Source: a virus (lineage: Duplodnaviria > Caudoviricetes). From it: a stretch of 33,692 nt of DNA. Positions 32,956-33,692 of this stretch are shown here, piece by piece. Numbering within the stretch: the first letter of the stretch is position 1; each line of letters starts with the position of its first letter. The stretch spans positions 1 to 33,692 of the IMG/VR virus record IMGVR_UViG_3300049023_000059; one strand, given 5' to 3'. Both the position numbers and the translations under genes were made by a program. The notes beneath the pieces were generated by a model. That model was not told the DNA's origin. It saw only the letters and a program-made list of their open reading frames with translations, and did not search any database.

Positions 32956-33260
32956 GGCGTACACCCCGCGACCGGCTGCACGGCGGGCCAGGTGGCCAGC
33001 AGGAAGCCGATGACGATCAGGGAGCCGATCACCATGCCGATGAGCAGCAGACGCTCGCCCGAGCTCGGCGGGCGCCTACGCACGCGTAGGTGGGTTTCCC
33101 GTGAAACATCCGGGGACGTTCCACGGCCGAGCATGTCCTCGAGCGCCTGCTCGTCGTTCACCCGGCGCCGGCGGTCGCGCAGGGTGTCGGTCACCATCGC
33201 CGTCAGGTCTCGGCCGCGCTGCGGGTCGGTCCCGCCAACGATTCGCAATGCCATGATCAT
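32952..33260 (-). CDS. membrane-anchored hypothetical protein
   Basis: C-terminal TM LLLIGMVIGSLIVIGFLLATW. Confidence 0.65.
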   Translation of the reverse strand: MIMALRIVGGTDPQRGRDLTAMVTDTLRDRRRRVNDEQALEDMLGRGTSPDVSRETHLRVRRRPPSSGERLLLIGMVIGSLIVIGFLLATWPAVQPVAGCTP

Positions 33261-33625
33261 TCCCCCTTGGGCGGTCGTGGCGGCCAGAGTCGGACCTCGA
33301 CCCCGTACCGCGCCCGCACCTGTTTGCGTTTGTTGATCGACGCGCGGGTATCGAACCCCTTCACGTCCCAGATCTCGACGAATGGATGCGCGGGCACGCT
33401 GCAGACGAAGTCCGCCCGGTACTTAACCCCGCCCTCAAGCACGAACGTCACCTGGCGCAGCAGCAGGGTGATCTCGCCAGCCCTTTGGCGCGCCTTCAGT
33501 GCCTGGTGATACTCGTACTCCTTCAGCGAGTCATAGACCTCGCCGTCGAGCTCGACGCGCACGTTCCGGTACTTGCTCGGCTTCGTCGCCACCGCCTGCG
33601 CGAGAATGTTTCCATCGCTCGGCAC
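33257..33625 (-). CDS. DUF1064 family putative endonuclease
   Basis: SKYRNVRVELDGEVYDSLKE, L.RQVTFVL, YRADF, DVKGFDT, KRKQV. Confidence 0.9.
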   Translation of the reverse strand: MPSDGNILAQAVATKPSKYRNVRVELDGEVYDSLKEYEYHQALKARQRAGEITLLLRQVTFVLEGGVKYRADFVCSVPAHPFVEIWDVKGFDTRASINKRKQVRARYGVEVRLWPPRPPKGE

Positions 33626-33692
33626 GGCGCCGCGAACGCGCGGCCGCTCGCCGCGCAGCTGCCGCTCGGCTTCGGCGCGGTGCTGCGGCGGG

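Overview
GC-rich window covering most of a temperate HK97/lambda-like siphophage of a Gram-negative host (spanins, outer-membrane protein). An intact attP lies in the middle, so the phage appears to be in its excised or free form. Plus strand 1-5238 is an early/accessory operon: a diversity-generating retroelement (Avd, template repeat, RT), a DUF5131/Gp37-Gp68 protein, an N4 Gp49/Sf6 Gp66-family protein, an excisionase-like gene and a tyrosine integrase. attP follows, with a core equal to the 3' half of tRNA-Arg(ACG). At 6452-6558 is a tRNA-like RNA with a candidate promoter and a greatly extended anticodon arm. Minus strand 33692-6602, in transcription order: DUF1064 nuclease, Q-like antiterminator and candidate late promoter, a fibre-like module upstream of HNH/terminase, head genes, head-tail joining genes, tail genes (with a G/GT -1 frameshift), and an expanded lysis region. 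That region holds a PagL-like beta-barrel, four small membrane proteins, an M15 endolysin, a holin, a secreted thrombospondin-repeat/beta-helix protein, a second secreted Cys-rich protein, and Rz/Rz1. The DGR target (VR) was not found in the window. All family assignments are by motif recognition and gene context, without database searches.
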